This document shows, in pieces, positions 15,328 to 25,110 of a DNA stretch of 32,000 bases. The stretch spans positions 1,020,001 to 1,052,000 of the forward strand of contig NZ_CP013213.1 in assembly GCF_001545095.1 (NCBI RefSeq). Direction: 5' to 3'. The DNA is from Erysipelothrix larvae. Its GTDB lineage: Bacteria > Bacillota_I > Bacilli_A > Erysipelotrichales > Erysipelotrichaceae. Each line of letters starts with the position of its first letter. Positions within the stretch are counted from its first letter, which is position 1. Made by a program: the position numbers and the translations under genes. Below the pieces are notes generated by a model. It had not been told where the DNA came from. It saw nothing but the letters and a program-made list of their open reading frames with translations, and did not search any database.

Positions 15328-16692
15328 TTACTTCACTGCTTCACGATAGAGTTGGCCAGAGTTTGGTCCTTGACCACGTGCTTCGAGTAGTTCACGAACT
15401 GTTACAAAGGTATACCCATCTTCTTTGAGTGAACTGAGCACACATTCGAGTGATTGTGCAGTTGATTCATGAATATCGTGCATGAGTACAATGGAACCAT
15501 CAAATGCAGCGTAGTCGATATGCTTACATATTGCATCTGCATCTTTTGAAAGCCAATCTTCTGAATCGACAGTCCAATTGATAAACACACGGTCAATTAA
15601 TTCGCGAAGTCCTGGATTAATCGCACCATAAGGAGGTCGTACAAAATAAGGCCCTTCATACCCAGTTGCTTTGATCAACGCATTTTCTGTATTGATAACT
15701 TGTTCAAGTGCTTCTTCAGGTTTCAATTTGGTGAAATTTGGATGATTCCAAGAGTGATTTGCCAGTTGATGGCCTCGATTTAACATATCAACAAGAATTT
15801 CTTCGCGGCCTTCAACACGACTACCCATTACAAAGAATGTTGCGTGTGCATCGTATTTCTCAAGAATATCCATTATTTGAGCCGTCAATTCCATATGCGG
15901 ACCATCATCAAATGTAAGGGCGATGAGCTTAGATTGTGGATCAACCCCTTGTGCGACATAAGTCGGGTAAACGGGTGAATCATTTGATTTCAAATCACCA
16001 AGATTCAATAACAAATAATTTTCGTTTTCAGCCATATCTTTTGTGAATGATAAGGAGTCACTGAAGGTGAACGTAAAGGTAGTTCCCTTAATGAAAATAT
16101 TCTCAGTGCCTGTTAATAATGAAACCTTACTTAGAAAGTCCATGCGACTCATTTCACCCATATCAATACTTTCGCGTGCTTCATTTGTTAAGCGACGAAG
16201 TGCGAGTGGTTTGAAAAAATCATTAACAGAACTGAAACGATTGAGACGCTTATCAAATACTTTTGACTCGGTATTATAAATTTGATTGTTGAGATAAGCA
16301 GTCATCTTAATGGATATAAAGTTTCCATCCAGAATCTCTGAAGCATAATCTTGCAGAAACTCATAGGGTTTTTCACCCTCTTTAACAATTGCGTTTATTA
16401 AAACTTCTTTCTTAACTTGCTCGCGAATTGCATCCGTACTTTCTTTAATCCATTGATCAAGTGGTTCAACACCAGTATGTGGATAATGTTGGACGATAAA
16501 ATAACTGGATGTTTTATCTTTAATTGTTTTTTGGCTACCAAAGTTTTTATTTGTTTGTTCTACATTTAACATATTTTCCGGAAATTGTATGGAAACGGCG
16601 TTGTAAAACCATATCCCTGCATAAGTCAGCCCCCCGACAAGTACAAAGACGAGTGCGTAAACAACCCAACGTCTAATTTTTCTTTTCTTCAT
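15328..16692 (-). CDS. Membrane-anchored polysaccharide/peptidoglycan deacetylase, PdaC-like architecture
   Basis: ATG at 16692 (MKKRKIRRWVVYALVFVLVGG...) with SD AGAGGGG. The track's longer 16812 start has no SD. One TM anchor, a roughly 230-aa extracellular middle region, and a C-terminal NodB domain with LTFDDGP and HSWNHP motifs. Confidence 0.85.
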   Translation of the reverse strand: MKKRKIRRWVVYALVFVLVGGLTYAGIWFYNAVSIQFPENMLNVEQTNKNFGSQKTIKDKTSSYFIVQHYPHTGVEPLDQWIKESTDAIREQVKKEVLINAIVKEGEKPYEFLQDYASEILDGNFISIKMTAYLNNQIYNTESKVFDKRLNRFSSVNDFFKPLALRRLTNEARESIDMGEMSRMDFLSKVSLLTGTENIFIKGTTFTFTFSDSLSFTKDMAENENYLLLNLGDLKSNDSPVYPTYVAQGVDPQSKLIALTFDDGPHMELTAQIMDILEKYDAHATFFVMGSRVEGREEILVDMLNRGHQLANHSWNHPNFTKLKPEEALEQVINTENALIKATGYEGPYFVRPPYGAINPGLRELIDRVFINWTVDSEDWLSKDADAICKHIDYAAFDGSIVLMHDIHESTAQSLECVLSSLKEDGYTFVTVRELLEARGQGPNSGQLYREAVK

Positions 16693-16887
16693 TGAAAAAA
16701 ACCCCTCTTTTCCATATGAATAGGATAACATATTAAATGAGAAGATAAAAGAATCGAAATCTTTTTGATATAAGATATTTTTACCTGATAGGCCACTTTT
16801 TTTATTGGTCAAACAAGTAATTTAGTTGGCTTTATGACATTGTTGGTGTATAAGTGTGGTAAATTTATGAAGAAGAGAAAGTAATGC

Positions 16888-16916
16888 TAGACAACCACCC
16901 CCATTTTATATATAAT
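16888..16916 (+). promoter_or_regulatory. Sigma-A-type promoter of the rplU-prp-rpmA operon
   Basis: -35 TAGACA (16888-16893), exactly 17-nt spacer, -10 TATAAT (16911-16916). Confidence 0.5.
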
Positions 16917-17040
16917 ATAAAGGCGTTATAGACTGGTTGATGTCCTTACAAGACATACAACCGCACATATATAGGTTCCCTAAGAGATTTAAGTATCCAC
17001 CTAATATGGCGAGTCTTATGCTAAAATAAGGAGGTGTAGT
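16917..17040 (+). promoter_or_regulatory. Structured 5' leader of rplU (candidate L21-type ribosomal-protein leader)
   Basis: About 120-nt untranslated leader. Hairpin GGTTG-A-TGTC / GACA-TA-CAACC at 16935-16962. A second small stem CTTAT/ATAAG overlaps the SD. Position matches the known Firmicutes L21 leader; I cannot test covariation. Confidence 0.35.
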
Positions 17041-17352
17041 ATGTACGCAATTATTGAAACTGGTGGAAAACAAGTAATGGTAGAACAAGGCCAAACAATT
17101 TACGTAGAGAAATTGGATGTAGCTGAAGGAGAAACTGTTGTTTTCGATACTGTTGTCGCAGTGAAAAACCGCACTCTTAAAGTGGGTACCCCATATGTTA
17201 AAGGTGCAACGGTTACTGCTAAAGTTGAAAAACATGGCAAAGGTAAGAAAATCAAAATCTTCAAATATGTTTCTAAGAAGAGTTCTACTCGTAAGAGCCA
17301 AGGTCATCGTCAACCTTACACACGTTTGGTTGTAGAAGCAATCGAAGGCTAA
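17041..17352 (+). CDS. rplU: 50S ribosomal protein L21
   Basis: 103 aa. [11 protein letters not shown]... is the canonical L21 N-terminus. SD AAGGAGG upstream. Confidence 0.97.
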   Translation: MYAIIETGGKQVMVEQGQTIYVEKLDVAEGETVVFDTVVAVKNRTLKVGTPYVKGATVTAKVEKHGKGKKIKIFKYVSKKSSTRKSQGHRQPYTRLVVEAIEG

Positions 17353-17355
17353 AAA

Positions 17356-17676
17356 ATGATTCAGGTTATTGTTACACGTTCAAAAGATTCCATTGAACGC
17401 ATTGAAGTATCGGGTCATGCATATACAAATGATCCAGGGTATGATTTGGTGTGTGCAGGCGTCAGTTCAGTAATGACAGGCGCATTAAATGGTTTTGATC
17501 AATTGGACGATAACAGTGAATTAATTATGAATGAAGAACCATACATCTCTATACGATGTATGACGGTAAATAAAACAAATCAAATTTTACTTCAGTTTGT
17601 ATTAACTCAATTGAAAACAATTGAATTCTCACATTCTGATGCAATACAAATACTTGAAAAGGAGGACATCCGATGA
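17356..17676 (+). CDS. prp: Ribosomal-processing cysteine protease Prp (YsxB family)
   Basis: 106 aa, located between rplU and rpmA. Conserved SGHA...DLVCAGVS motif holding the catalytic His/Cys. Confidence 0.9.
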   Translation: MIQVIVTRSKDSIERIEVSGHAYTNDPGYDLVCAGVSSVMTGALNGFDQLDDNSELIMNEEPYISIRCMTVNKTNQILLQFVLTQLKTIEFSHSDAIQILEKEDIR

Positions 17677-17957
17677 AATTCGTATTAAATATTCAGTTGT
17701 TCGCTTCGAAAAAGGGAGTAGGTTCTACAAAGAACGGTCGTGACTCTCATGCGAAACGACTTGGAGCTAAACGTGCTGATGGTGAATTCGCAACTGCTGG
17801 TTCAATTCTATATCGTCAACGTGGAACAAAGCTTCACCCAGGTCAAAATGTAGGACGTGGCGGTGACGATACATTGTTTGCAAAAGTTGACGGTGTTGTT
17901 AAATATGAACGCATCAGTCGTTCACGCCGTTGTATCTCGGTTTATCCGGTAGCGTAA
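17673..17957 (+). CDS. rpmA: 50S ribosomal protein L27 with N-terminal propeptide
   Basis: 94 aa. [25 protein letters not shown]: Firmicutes-type N-terminal extension ahead of the mature ASKKG. Overlaps the prp stop by 4 nt. Confidence 0.97.
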   Translation: MKFVLNIQLFASKKGVGSTKNGRDSHAKRLGAKRADGEFATAGSILYRQRGTKLHPGQNVGRGGDDTLFAKVDGVVKYERISRSRRCISVYPVA

Positions 17958-17964
17958 CAAATCT

Positions 17965-17996
17965 AATCCCCTAGGTTCTAGGGGATTTATTTTTTT
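17965..17996 (+). terminator. Rho-independent terminator after rpmA
   Basis: AATCCCCTAG, loop GTT, CTAGGGGATT (perfect 10-bp stem) followed by TATTTTTTT. Confidence 0.8.
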
Positions 17997-18010
17997 AAAG
18001 GAGTGATTAC

Positions 18011-19294
18011 ATGTTTGTAGATCGCGTTAAGATTAAGGTCATTGCTGGTAATGGTGGCAATGGTATGTCGTCTTTTAGACGTGAACCATTTGTACCCCTA
18101 GGTGGGCCTTATGGTGGAGATGGCGGTAAAGGAGGTGACATCGTTTTAGTGGGTGATTCCAATAAAACAACGTTACTTGACTTTAGGTACCATCGTATTG
18201 TGAAAGCCGATCGTGGGCAAAATGGTAAGAATAAACGAATGCATGGGCGAGGTGCTGATGATATCGTGATTCCTGTACCATTAGGGACGATTGTTAAAGA
18301 TATTGAAAAGGATATAGTTGTTGCAGATATCGTACGTCAGGGTCAACGGGTTGTTGTTGCAAATGGTGGACGAGGGGGTCGTGGGAATGCACGATTCAAA
18401 ACCCATAAAGATCCTGCGCCAACTTATGCTGAAAAAGGATTAATTGGTGAAACAAAAGAACTAGTGCTTGAACTAAAATTACTTGCAGATGTTGGACTAG
18501 TAGGATTCCCATCTGTTGGGAAATCAACACTACTTTCAGTTGTAACACGTGCTAAACCCGAAATCGCGGATTATCACTTTACAACACTCTCACCAAATTT
18601 AGGTATTGCGAGCAGTAATGATGGTCGCTCTTTTGTCATTGCTGACTTACCAGGACTTATTGAAGATGCCCATCAAGGAAAAGGATTGGGGCATGTGTTC
18701 TTGCGTCATATCGAACGATGCCGTGTCTTGTGTCATGTTGTTGATATGGGTGCTGAAGATGGAAGAGATCCTGTTGAAGATTTTAAGGTCATTAACAATG
18801 AGCTTTTACAATACTCAGAAGATATTTTAGAAAGACCGATGGTAGTTGTTGCAAATAAGATGGATTTAGATCCAGCAAAAGCAAACCTAAAACGCTTCAA
18901 AGAAGCCTATCCTGAAGTTGAAGTTTTTGAAATGATTACTGTTGTTGGTGAAGGAAAGGATGCACTGTTGTATCGACTTGCCGATCTATTGGATGAAAAC
19001 CGTCAAGAAAAAGAAATTGAACAAGCTGAAACAGTTGTATTCAAATATGAAGCGCCAAAACCTAAGTTTGAAGTGGTTCCATTAAACCCTGGATTATGGG
19101 AAGTAACTGGTGAAAAAATTGATAAACTCTTTGATCAGTTTGATGTTCAGGAAGAAGATGAAGCCATTCAATTTGGTATGGCCATGAAACGATTGGGTGT
19201 TGACCAAGCCTTGCGTGATGCAGGATGTAAGCATGGTGATACCGTAATCTTAGGCGATATTCAATTTGAATTTGATGAAGGTGTGATAGAATAG
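18011..19294 (+). CDS. obg: GTPase Obg/CgtA
   Basis: 427 aa. Glycine-rich Obg fold (MFVDRVKIKVIAGNGGNG...), G-domain GFPSVGKST / DLPGLIE / NKMD, and a C-terminal OCT domain. Confidence 0.95.
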   Translation: MFVDRVKIKVIAGNGGNGMSSFRREPFVPLGGPYGGDGGKGGDIVLVGDSNKTTLLDFRYHRIVKADRGQNGKNKRMHGRGADDIVIPVPLGTIVKDIEKDIVVADIVRQGQRVVVANGGRGGRGNARFKTHKDPAPTYAEKGLIGETKELVLELKLLADVGLVGFPSVGKSTLLSVVTRAKPEIADYHFTTLSPNLGIASSNDGRSFVIADLPGLIEDAHQGKGLGHVFLRHIERCRVLCHVVDMGAEDGRDPVEDFKVINNELLQYSEDILERPMVVVANKMDLDPAKANLKRFKEAYPEVEVFEMITVVGEGKDALLYRLADLLDENRQEKEIEQAETVVFKYEAPKPKFEVVPLNPGLWEVTGEKIDKLFDQFDVQEEDEAIQFGMAMKRLGVDQALRDAGCKHGDTVILGDIQFEFDEGVIE

Positions 19295-19308
19295 AAGTGG
19301 TGATATAA

Positions 19309-19881
19309 ATGATAGCTTATGTTTCAGGAACTTGTGTTTTTAAAGAAGAAGATGCAGTAATCATTGATGTGAATGGTCTTGGATATCAAGTGTTTTGTCC
19401 AACGACCCATTCAATTTTAGTAAATCATAATATTACATTACATACTTATTACTATGTTCGTGAAGACGCCATTCTTTTGTATGGATTCGAATCGCGTGAA
19501 GATTTAAATCTTTTTAATCGCTTAATCACGGTAAAAGGTGTCGGACCTAGGGTCGCACTTGGTATCATGAAAAAAGTACCTTCAAGCGATTTGGTAAATG
19601 CAATTGAAGCAGGGAATCACACTTATTTGAAAACAATGCCAGGTGTGGGACCAAAGATGGCTTCTCAGATTGTCCTTGATTTGAAAGGGAAATTGGTCAG
19701 TGCTTCAAGCAATGCACCAGTCTCTAAGTTTGACGGCTTATTTGAAGATGTGGCAGTTGCGTTGGGAGACCTTGGATTTAAACGTGGTGAAATCAACAGC
19801 ATCAAAACACAACTTCACGAATCAAGAGCAACAGATATCAATACTTTAATTAAACAAGCATTAAAATTATTAGCACGATAG
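19309..19881 (+). CDS. ruvA: Holliday junction DNA helicase RuvA
   Basis: 190 aa. MIAYVSG... OB-fold N-terminus and HhH motifs (LITVKGVGPRVA, MPGVGPKMA). Adjacent to ruvB. Confidence 0.93.
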   Translation: MIAYVSGTCVFKEEDAVIIDVNGLGYQVFCPTTHSILVNHNITLHTYYYVREDAILLYGFESREDLNLFNRLITVKGVGPRVALGIMKKVPSSDLVNAIEAGNHTYLKTMPGVGPKMASQIVLDLKGKLVSASSNAPVSKFDGLFEDVAVALGDLGFKRGEINSIKTQLHESRATDINTLIKQALKLLAR

Positions 19882-19894
19882 AAGGGATGATTGA

Positions 19895-20899
19895 ATGAGT
19901 CGATTAGTAGCACCGGAACTTGATCAAGAATCAATGGATTCAGAATTGTCATTAAGACCCAAAACGCTCAATGAGTACATTGGTCAAACAGCATTAAAAG
20001 AGAATCTTTCTATATTTATTCAAGCCGCTCGCGCGCGGTATGAATCCTTGGATCATCTATTATTTTATGGACCTCCAGGTCTTGGAAAAACAACGATTGC
20101 CCATATTATTGCCCATGAAATGAATTCTGGGATTAAAGTTGCAAGTGGTCCAAGTATTGAACGCAGTGGGGAATTAGCGGCGCTATTATCGTCACTAGAA
20201 CCTGGTGATGTCTTATTTATTGATGAGATTCATCGGCTTCCTAAGGTTGTTGAAGAGGTTTTGTATTCAGCGATGGAAGATTTTGTGTTAGATGTCATTA
20301 TTGGCAAAGATGCAACATCACGTTCTTTACGCATCGATTTACCACCCTTTACACTTGTAGGTGCTACAACGCGTGCAGGTGATTTGTCGTCACCTTTGCG
20401 TGATCGTTTTGGGATTGTATCAAAACTAGATTACTACACACATGATGAACTGTGTCAAATTATTGAACGTACATCACGGGTTATGGATACCCGCATTAAT
20501 CATGAAGCGATAAAAAAAATCGCATCTCGATCACGCGGAACTCCACGAATCGCAAATCGATTGTTTCGCCGTGTTCGCGATTTTGCATTTGTGATGAATG
20601 ATGATTTTATTGACGAATCAATTGCAGATTACGCACTCAATCAACTTAAGGTGGATTCTTTAGGGTTGGATGATGTAGACATTCGATACCTAAAAGGAAT
20701 CATTGAGCGCTTTAAAGGTGGGCCGGTTGGCATTGAAGCAATCGCATCAAGCATTTCTGAAGAAGTCATGACTTTAGAAGATGTCTATGAACCCTATTTA
20801 TTACAGCTTGGTTTTATCAATCGAACACCAAGAGGACGTGTGGTAACACAAAAAGCATATGAACATTTAAAAATCCCTTATAATGATTCAATGTTTTAA
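19895..20899 (+). CDS. ruvB: Holliday junction ATP-dependent DNA helicase RuvB
   Basis: 334 aa. [12 protein letters not shown], Walker [10 protein letters not shown], Walker B LFIDEIHR, sensor GTPRIANRL. Confidence 0.97.
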   Translation: MSRLVAPELDQESMDSELSLRPKTLNEYIGQTALKENLSIFIQAARARYESLDHLLFYGPPGLGKTTIAHIIAHEMNSGIKVASGPSIERSGELAALLSSLEPGDVLFIDEIHRLPKVVEEVLYSAMEDFVLDVIIGKDATSRSLRIDLPPFTLVGATTRAGDLSSPLRDRFGIVSKLDYYTHDELCQIIERTSRVMDTRINHEAIKKIASRSRGTPRIANRLFRRVRDFAFVMNDDFIDESIADYALNQLKVDSLGLDDVDIRYLKGIIERFKGGPVGIEAIASSISEEVMTLEDVYEPYLLQLGFINRTPRGRVVTQKAYEHLKIPYNDSMF

Positions 20900-20917
20900 G
20901 AAGTGAGGTAAGTGTTT

Positions 20918-21991
20918 ATGAAAATATGTATCGTAACAGGTGGTAGTGGAGGACATATCTATCCTGCATTAACCTTTGCGGATTACGCAAAAGAAAACTC
21001 AGATACCAGTATATTCTTTATTGGAAATCAAGACCGAATGGAATCACGGATTATCCCTGAAGCAGGGTATCCGTTTTTCGCGATTCACAACAAAGGGCTT
21101 CAAGGAAGTGTTTTGGATAAAGTAAAAGCAGTTGCGGGTCAATTCAGTGCAATTTCAGAAGCACGAAAGATTCTTAAAGAACAAAAACCTGATCTTCTCT
21201 TTGCATTCGGAGGGTACGTAACTTTACCCTGTGTTCTCGCAGCACATCGCTTGAATATACCTGTTGTACTTCATGAACAAAATGCTTATGTAGGCAAAGC
21301 AAACAAGATGGCTGCACGCTATGCACGCGCAATAATCACCTGTTATGACAAGGCTTTTGAGGGTGTTGAAAGTGTTTATCAATACGGAAATCCCCGCGGT
21401 GCCATTGATCCAAAACAAATTGATTCCAAACATGAAATGAAACGATTGGGTATAAAAGATACTGATGCCATCGTGTTATATGTGATGGGATCACAAGGTG
21501 CTCAAACAATGAATGATGTGATGGTCGATCTGATTCCAAAAGTTAAGGACAAACCGTATAAACTTGTGGTATCAACTGGAGCAAATGAGTATCAATCGTT
21601 TATCAGACGGATTGAACAGGTTCCTTCAAATGTCATAGTTGAACCATTTGTTGATCAAAAGGCTTTGTTGGGTGTCACTGATTTAGTTGTTGCGCGTTCT
21701 GGTGCGACAACAATCGCTGAGCTTGCTGCTTTTAAAACCCCATCAATCTTAATCCCAAGTCCGTATGTTGCAAACAACCATCAACTCTATAATGCAAAAG
21801 CTTTGGAGGATAAAGGTGCCTGTGTTTTAATTGAAGAAGATCGTGTAAAAACAGACGTGTTAATGGATGCAATTGACGATCTTATGGGTGATTCGATTAA
21901 ACTTAAGGCGATTGGAACCGCTGTTTCGACCTTTGCTCGACCTGATGCCAATCAAAGAATCCTAGCGCTTCTTAAAACGATAGGTGCCTAG
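20918..21991 (+). CDS. murG: UDP-N-acetylglucosamine--N-acetylmuramyl-(pentapeptide) pyrophosphoryl-undecaprenol GlcNAc transferase MurG
   Basis: N-terminal G-loop TGGSGGHIYPA, and a C-terminal GT28 domain (ARSGATTIAELA, ...NHQ..NA). ATG 20918 lies 8 nt after GTGAGGT; the track's GTG 20912 is the alternative. Confidence 0.93.
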   Translation: MKICIVTGGSGGHIYPALTFADYAKENSDTSIFFIGNQDRMESRIIPEAGYPFFAIHNKGLQGSVLDKVKAVAGQFSAISEARKILKEQKPDLLFAFGGYVTLPCVLAAHRLNIPVVLHEQNAYVGKANKMAARYARAIITCYDKAFEGVESVYQYGNPRGAIDPKQIDSKHEMKRLGIKDTDAIVLYVMGSQGAQTMNDVMVDLIPKVKDKPYKLVVSTGANEYQSFIRRIEQVPSNVIVEPFVDQKALLGVTDLVVARSGATTIAELAAFKTPSILIPSPYVANNHQLYNAKALEDKGACVLIEEDRVKTDVLMDAIDDLMGDSIKLKAIGTAVSTFARPDANQRILALLKTIGA

Positions 21992-21992
21992 T

Positions 21993-22814
21993 ATGAGTAG
22001 ACGTAGAGTACATGAAGAGCAAGAGTCTCATGTAGAGAAAGTTCAAAAGGAGCTGCTTGCGAAAAAGAAGCTTGCGCGAAAACGTCGTCGTAAACGCATC
22101 ATGCGACGCATTATGTTCATTTTAGTATTTGTTTTAGTGATATCGGGTATTGTATATGTCGATAACCAACCATTCTCACGGGTGTCTTCGGTGGATGTCG
22201 TTGGCAATAATTACATTAATAGTGATATAATACTTAATGAGAGTAATGTAGAGATTGGAGACCGTCTGATTTTTACACTTTCGCATTTCGTAAATCGGCG
22301 CATATCAAATATTCCCGGTGTTGCATTAAGTGAAACAAACGTGTATTATACTAAAGGGAAAGTTGTTTTGAATGTCAAAGAAAAAGAAGTTGTTGCATAT
22401 CTTGCAGAAGGACCTACCGTTTTATTTGCGGATAATGCGCTGTATGTAACTGCATCAAATTCCTATGCTGACTTTCCATTGCTTGTTGGATTTACAAATG
22501 ATATCATCAACGCTCATCCAGAATTTGCTGATAAGTTATCTCGGATTGAAAAAACAGCATTCTACAATATATCTGAGATTCATTATGAAGTAAATGAGTT
22601 TGAAACGCTTTATATGCGATTTGTTATGAACAACGGATTTAAAGTGTTTACGAGTGTTGAAAACATGATGTTGATGAATCATTATACTGAGATAGTATCC
22701 AGTGTAATGAACGGAGATCATCCGGATAATCGATGTATTTATTTCCTCGATTATTATGAGGATGTCCCAGACTCACAGGTTTCGATTGCGAAACCATGCG
22801 GGGGTAATCAGTAA
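21993..22814 (+). CDS. divIB: Cell division protein DivIB/FtsQ
   Basis: Basic cytoplasmic tail, one TM (IMFILVFVLVISGIVYV), and a POTRA domain (VSSVDVVGNNYINSDIIL). ATG 21993 is preceded by AGGTG; the track's GTG 21984 lies inside that SD. Confidence 0.8.
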   Translation: MSRRRVHEEQESHVEKVQKELLAKKKLARKRRRKRIMRRIMFILVFVLVISGIVYVDNQPFSRVSSVDVVGNNYINSDIILNESNVEIGDRLIFTLSHFVNRRISNIPGVALSETNVYYTKGKVVLNVKEKEVVAYLAEGPTVLFADNALYVTASNSYADFPLLVGFTNDIINAHPEFADKLSRIEKTAFYNISEIHYEVNEFETLYMRFVMNNGFKVFTSVENMMLMNHYTEIVSSVMNGDHPDNRCIYFLDYYEDVPDSQVSIAKPCGGNQ

Positions 22815-22831
22815 AATGGAGGAGGTTTATC

Positions 22832-23191
22832 ATGTCAATTGAGAAACAAAATGAATTTGGTTCAATTAATATTACAAACGAAGCAATAGCTATGTTAGCA
22901 GGTGGCGTTGTCACCGAATGTTATGGTGTTGTGGGAATGGCATCACAAAAATTCTTTAAAGATGGATTTGCCGAGCTATTAAAAGGTGAAAATTACTCCA
23001 AAGGGGTTGAAGTAATTGGATCAGACGAAGGATTTGAACTTAACCTTTATCTTGTATTAAGCTATAATGTTAAGATTTCCGAAGTCGTGTTAGAAGTTCA
23101 AAAGAAAGTTAAATACATGTTAGAGAAAACGTTACAAATCAATCTAAAATCTGTAAATGTTTTCGTACAGGGAATAAAGGTTGTGAAGTAA
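22832..23191 (+). CDS. Asp23/Gls24-family alkaline shock protein (YloU-like)
   Basis: 119 aa. The ITNEAIAMLAGGVVTECYGVVGM motif is typical of Asp23. Strong SD GGAGGAGG. Position upstream of the DAK2 gene is conserved. Confidence 0.85.
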   Translation: MSIEKQNEFGSINITNEAIAMLAGGVVTECYGVVGMASQKFFKDGFAELLKGENYSKGVEVIGSDEGFELNLYLVLSYNVKISEVVLEVQKKVKYMLEKTLQINLKSVNVFVQGIKVVK

Positions 23192-23192
23192 T

Positions 23193-24824
23193 ATGACATT
23201 GAATATAAATGGTGATTTATTTTTAAAAATGCTTGAAAGCGGAGCAAATAATCTATCAAACAAACATCACGAAATTAACGCTTTAAATGTTTTTCCTGTG
23301 CCAGATGGTGATACAGGAACAAATATGAATTTAACATTCACCAATGGGTTAAGCGAAGCACGAAAGATTGTTTCGTCAAACATTGGGGATGTATCGAAAA
23401 CATTATCCCGTGGACTCTTAATGGGTGCACGCGGAAATTCAGGGGTAATCTTATCTCAAATATTCAGAGGGTTTGCGCAATCCGTAGAGTCACTGAAAGA
23501 AGCTGATTTAAAAGCAATTGCAAATGCTTTTCAAAATGGAAAGACAGTTGCTTATAAAGCAGTTATGCGTCCTGTAGAAGGAACCATCCTTACGGTACTA
23601 CGTGAAAGTGCTCAAGCTGCATACGATTGGACCTTACTCAATCAATCCGCTACACTTGAAGAGTACTTCGAAGTATTACTTGCTGAAGCAAACAAGTCAC
23701 TTGAACATACACCTGAACTTTTACCAGTTCTTAAAGAAGTTGGTGTTGTTGACAGTGGTGGCGCAGGATATGTTGCAGTAATTGAAGGTTTTTTATCTGC
23801 GCTTAAGGGTGAAATTATTGAAGCCCATGAAGTATCAGAAGATCTTGCATCTGCTGGTGCAAATATGGAAAGTGACGAGTTTGGATACTGTACAGAATTT
23901 ATTGTTCAACTGGATCCAAATGCATCACGCTATGATGAACAAACATTCAGATCCGAACTTGAATCTTTAGGGAATTCAATTGTTGTTGTAACGGATGAAG
24001 ACCTTGTTAAAGTTCACGTTCATACATTAAAACCAGGAAATGCATTGAATCTTGGGCAACGTTATGGAGAATTCCTAAAACTGAAGATTGAGAACATGAC
24101 TGAGCAACACCATACAATCATGGAATCGGATGTTCCTCATGCAACAAAACCGGTTGCAAAAGAACATTCAAAATATGCGATTGTTTCAGTTGCAGCTGGA
24201 GATGGTATTGTTGAATTGTTTAATGAATTGCGTGCTGAGTATATTATCAGTGGTGGTCAAACTATGAATCCTTCAACTGAAGATTTCATTGAAATGATTA
24301 ATACAATTGATGCTGATCATATTATTGTCTTGCCAAATAATTCAAATATTATTATGGCTGCAAAACAAGCACAGGATTTACTTGAAGATAAAGATATTCG
24401 TGTACTTGAAACAAAATCAATTCCTCAAGGACTAGCAGCATGTGTTATGTTCAACCCTGAGGTTGATATTGACGAAAACATTCAAGAAATGGTTGAAGCA
24501 ATTCAACACACTAAGACAGGTCAAGTAACCTACGCAATTAAAGATACTGTTTTTGATTCCATTGAGATTAAAGCAAATGATTTCATGGGAATTCTTGAAA
24601 AAGATATTGTTGTATCAGGTCAAGATAAACAAGAAATCACGAAACGCCTTATTGATCAATTAATTGATGATGACAGTGCACTTGTGACATTACTTGCAGG
24701 TGAAGATACAACAGAAGATCAACTGAATGATCTTGTCGCTTACATTGAATCAACATTTGATGTAGAAGTTGAAGCTCATTTTGGAGATCAACCAGTTTAC
24801 GCTTACATTATTGGTGTTGAATAA
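23193..24824 (+). CDS. fakA: DAK2-domain protein YloV / fatty acid kinase subunit FakA
   Basis: 543 aa. N-terminal Dak2/DhaL domain (PDGDTGTNM, GARGNSG) and a C-terminal DegV-like/FakA domain. asp23-fakA-recG synteny as in Bacillus and Staphylococcus. Confidence 0.85.
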   Translation: MTLNINGDLFLKMLESGANNLSNKHHEINALNVFPVPDGDTGTNMNLTFTNGLSEARKIVSSNIGDVSKTLSRGLLMGARGNSGVILSQIFRGFAQSVESLKEADLKAIANAFQNGKTVAYKAVMRPVEGTILTVLRESAQAAYDWTLLNQSATLEEYFEVLLAEANKSLEHTPELLPVLKEVGVVDSGGAGYVAVIEGFLSALKGEIIEAHEVSEDLASAGANMESDEFGYCTEFIVQLDPNASRYDEQTFRSELESLGNSIVVVTDEDLVKVHVHTLKPGNALNLGQRYGEFLKLKIENMTEQHHTIMESDVPHATKPVAKEHSKYAIVSVAAGDGIVELFNELRAEYIISGGQTMNPSTEDFIEMINTIDADHIIVLPNNSNIIMAAKQAQDLLEDKDIRVLETKSIPQGLAACVMFNPEVDIDENIQEMVEAIQHTKTGQVTYAIKDTVFDSIEIKANDFMGILEKDIVVSGQDKQEITKRLIDQLIDDDSALVTLLAGEDTTEDQLNDLVAYIESTFDVEVEAHFGDQPVYAYIIGVE

Positions 24825-24846
24825 TTATTAATATCATAAGTAATTA

Positions 24847-24880
24847 AAGAACTTAACACTTCATGTTAGGTTCTTTTCAT
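24847..24880 (+). terminator. Terminator after fakA
   Basis: AAGAACTTAACA (24847-24858) pairs with TGTTAGGTTCTT (24864-24875): 12 bp with one G-U, loop CTTCA, then a T-rich tail TTCATTTC. Confidence 0.55.
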
Positions 24881-25110
24881 TTCATCTCTTCTAATTTATA
24901 TAGGAGTTAAGACGTGCTTATGCATATTTAAGGTTAAGGTAAAAATAACGCTATAATATGCACAAGTAAACAATACAAAAACTGAGAAGAGAATCCATTA
25001 TTTTTAAAATGTTGTGTCTTGAATTAAGTCACTTTATCACTTAACATATACATAGAGTTAATTAAGTAAAAGATAAGAAGGGATTGGAGTTATACTCTAA
25101 TTGTGAGACT

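Noticed and set aside
16906-17313. 135-aa - strand ORF overlapping rplU and its leader
   Set aside because: Antisense to the unmistakable L21 gene and its promoter. No SD, and low-complexity hydrophobic sequence.
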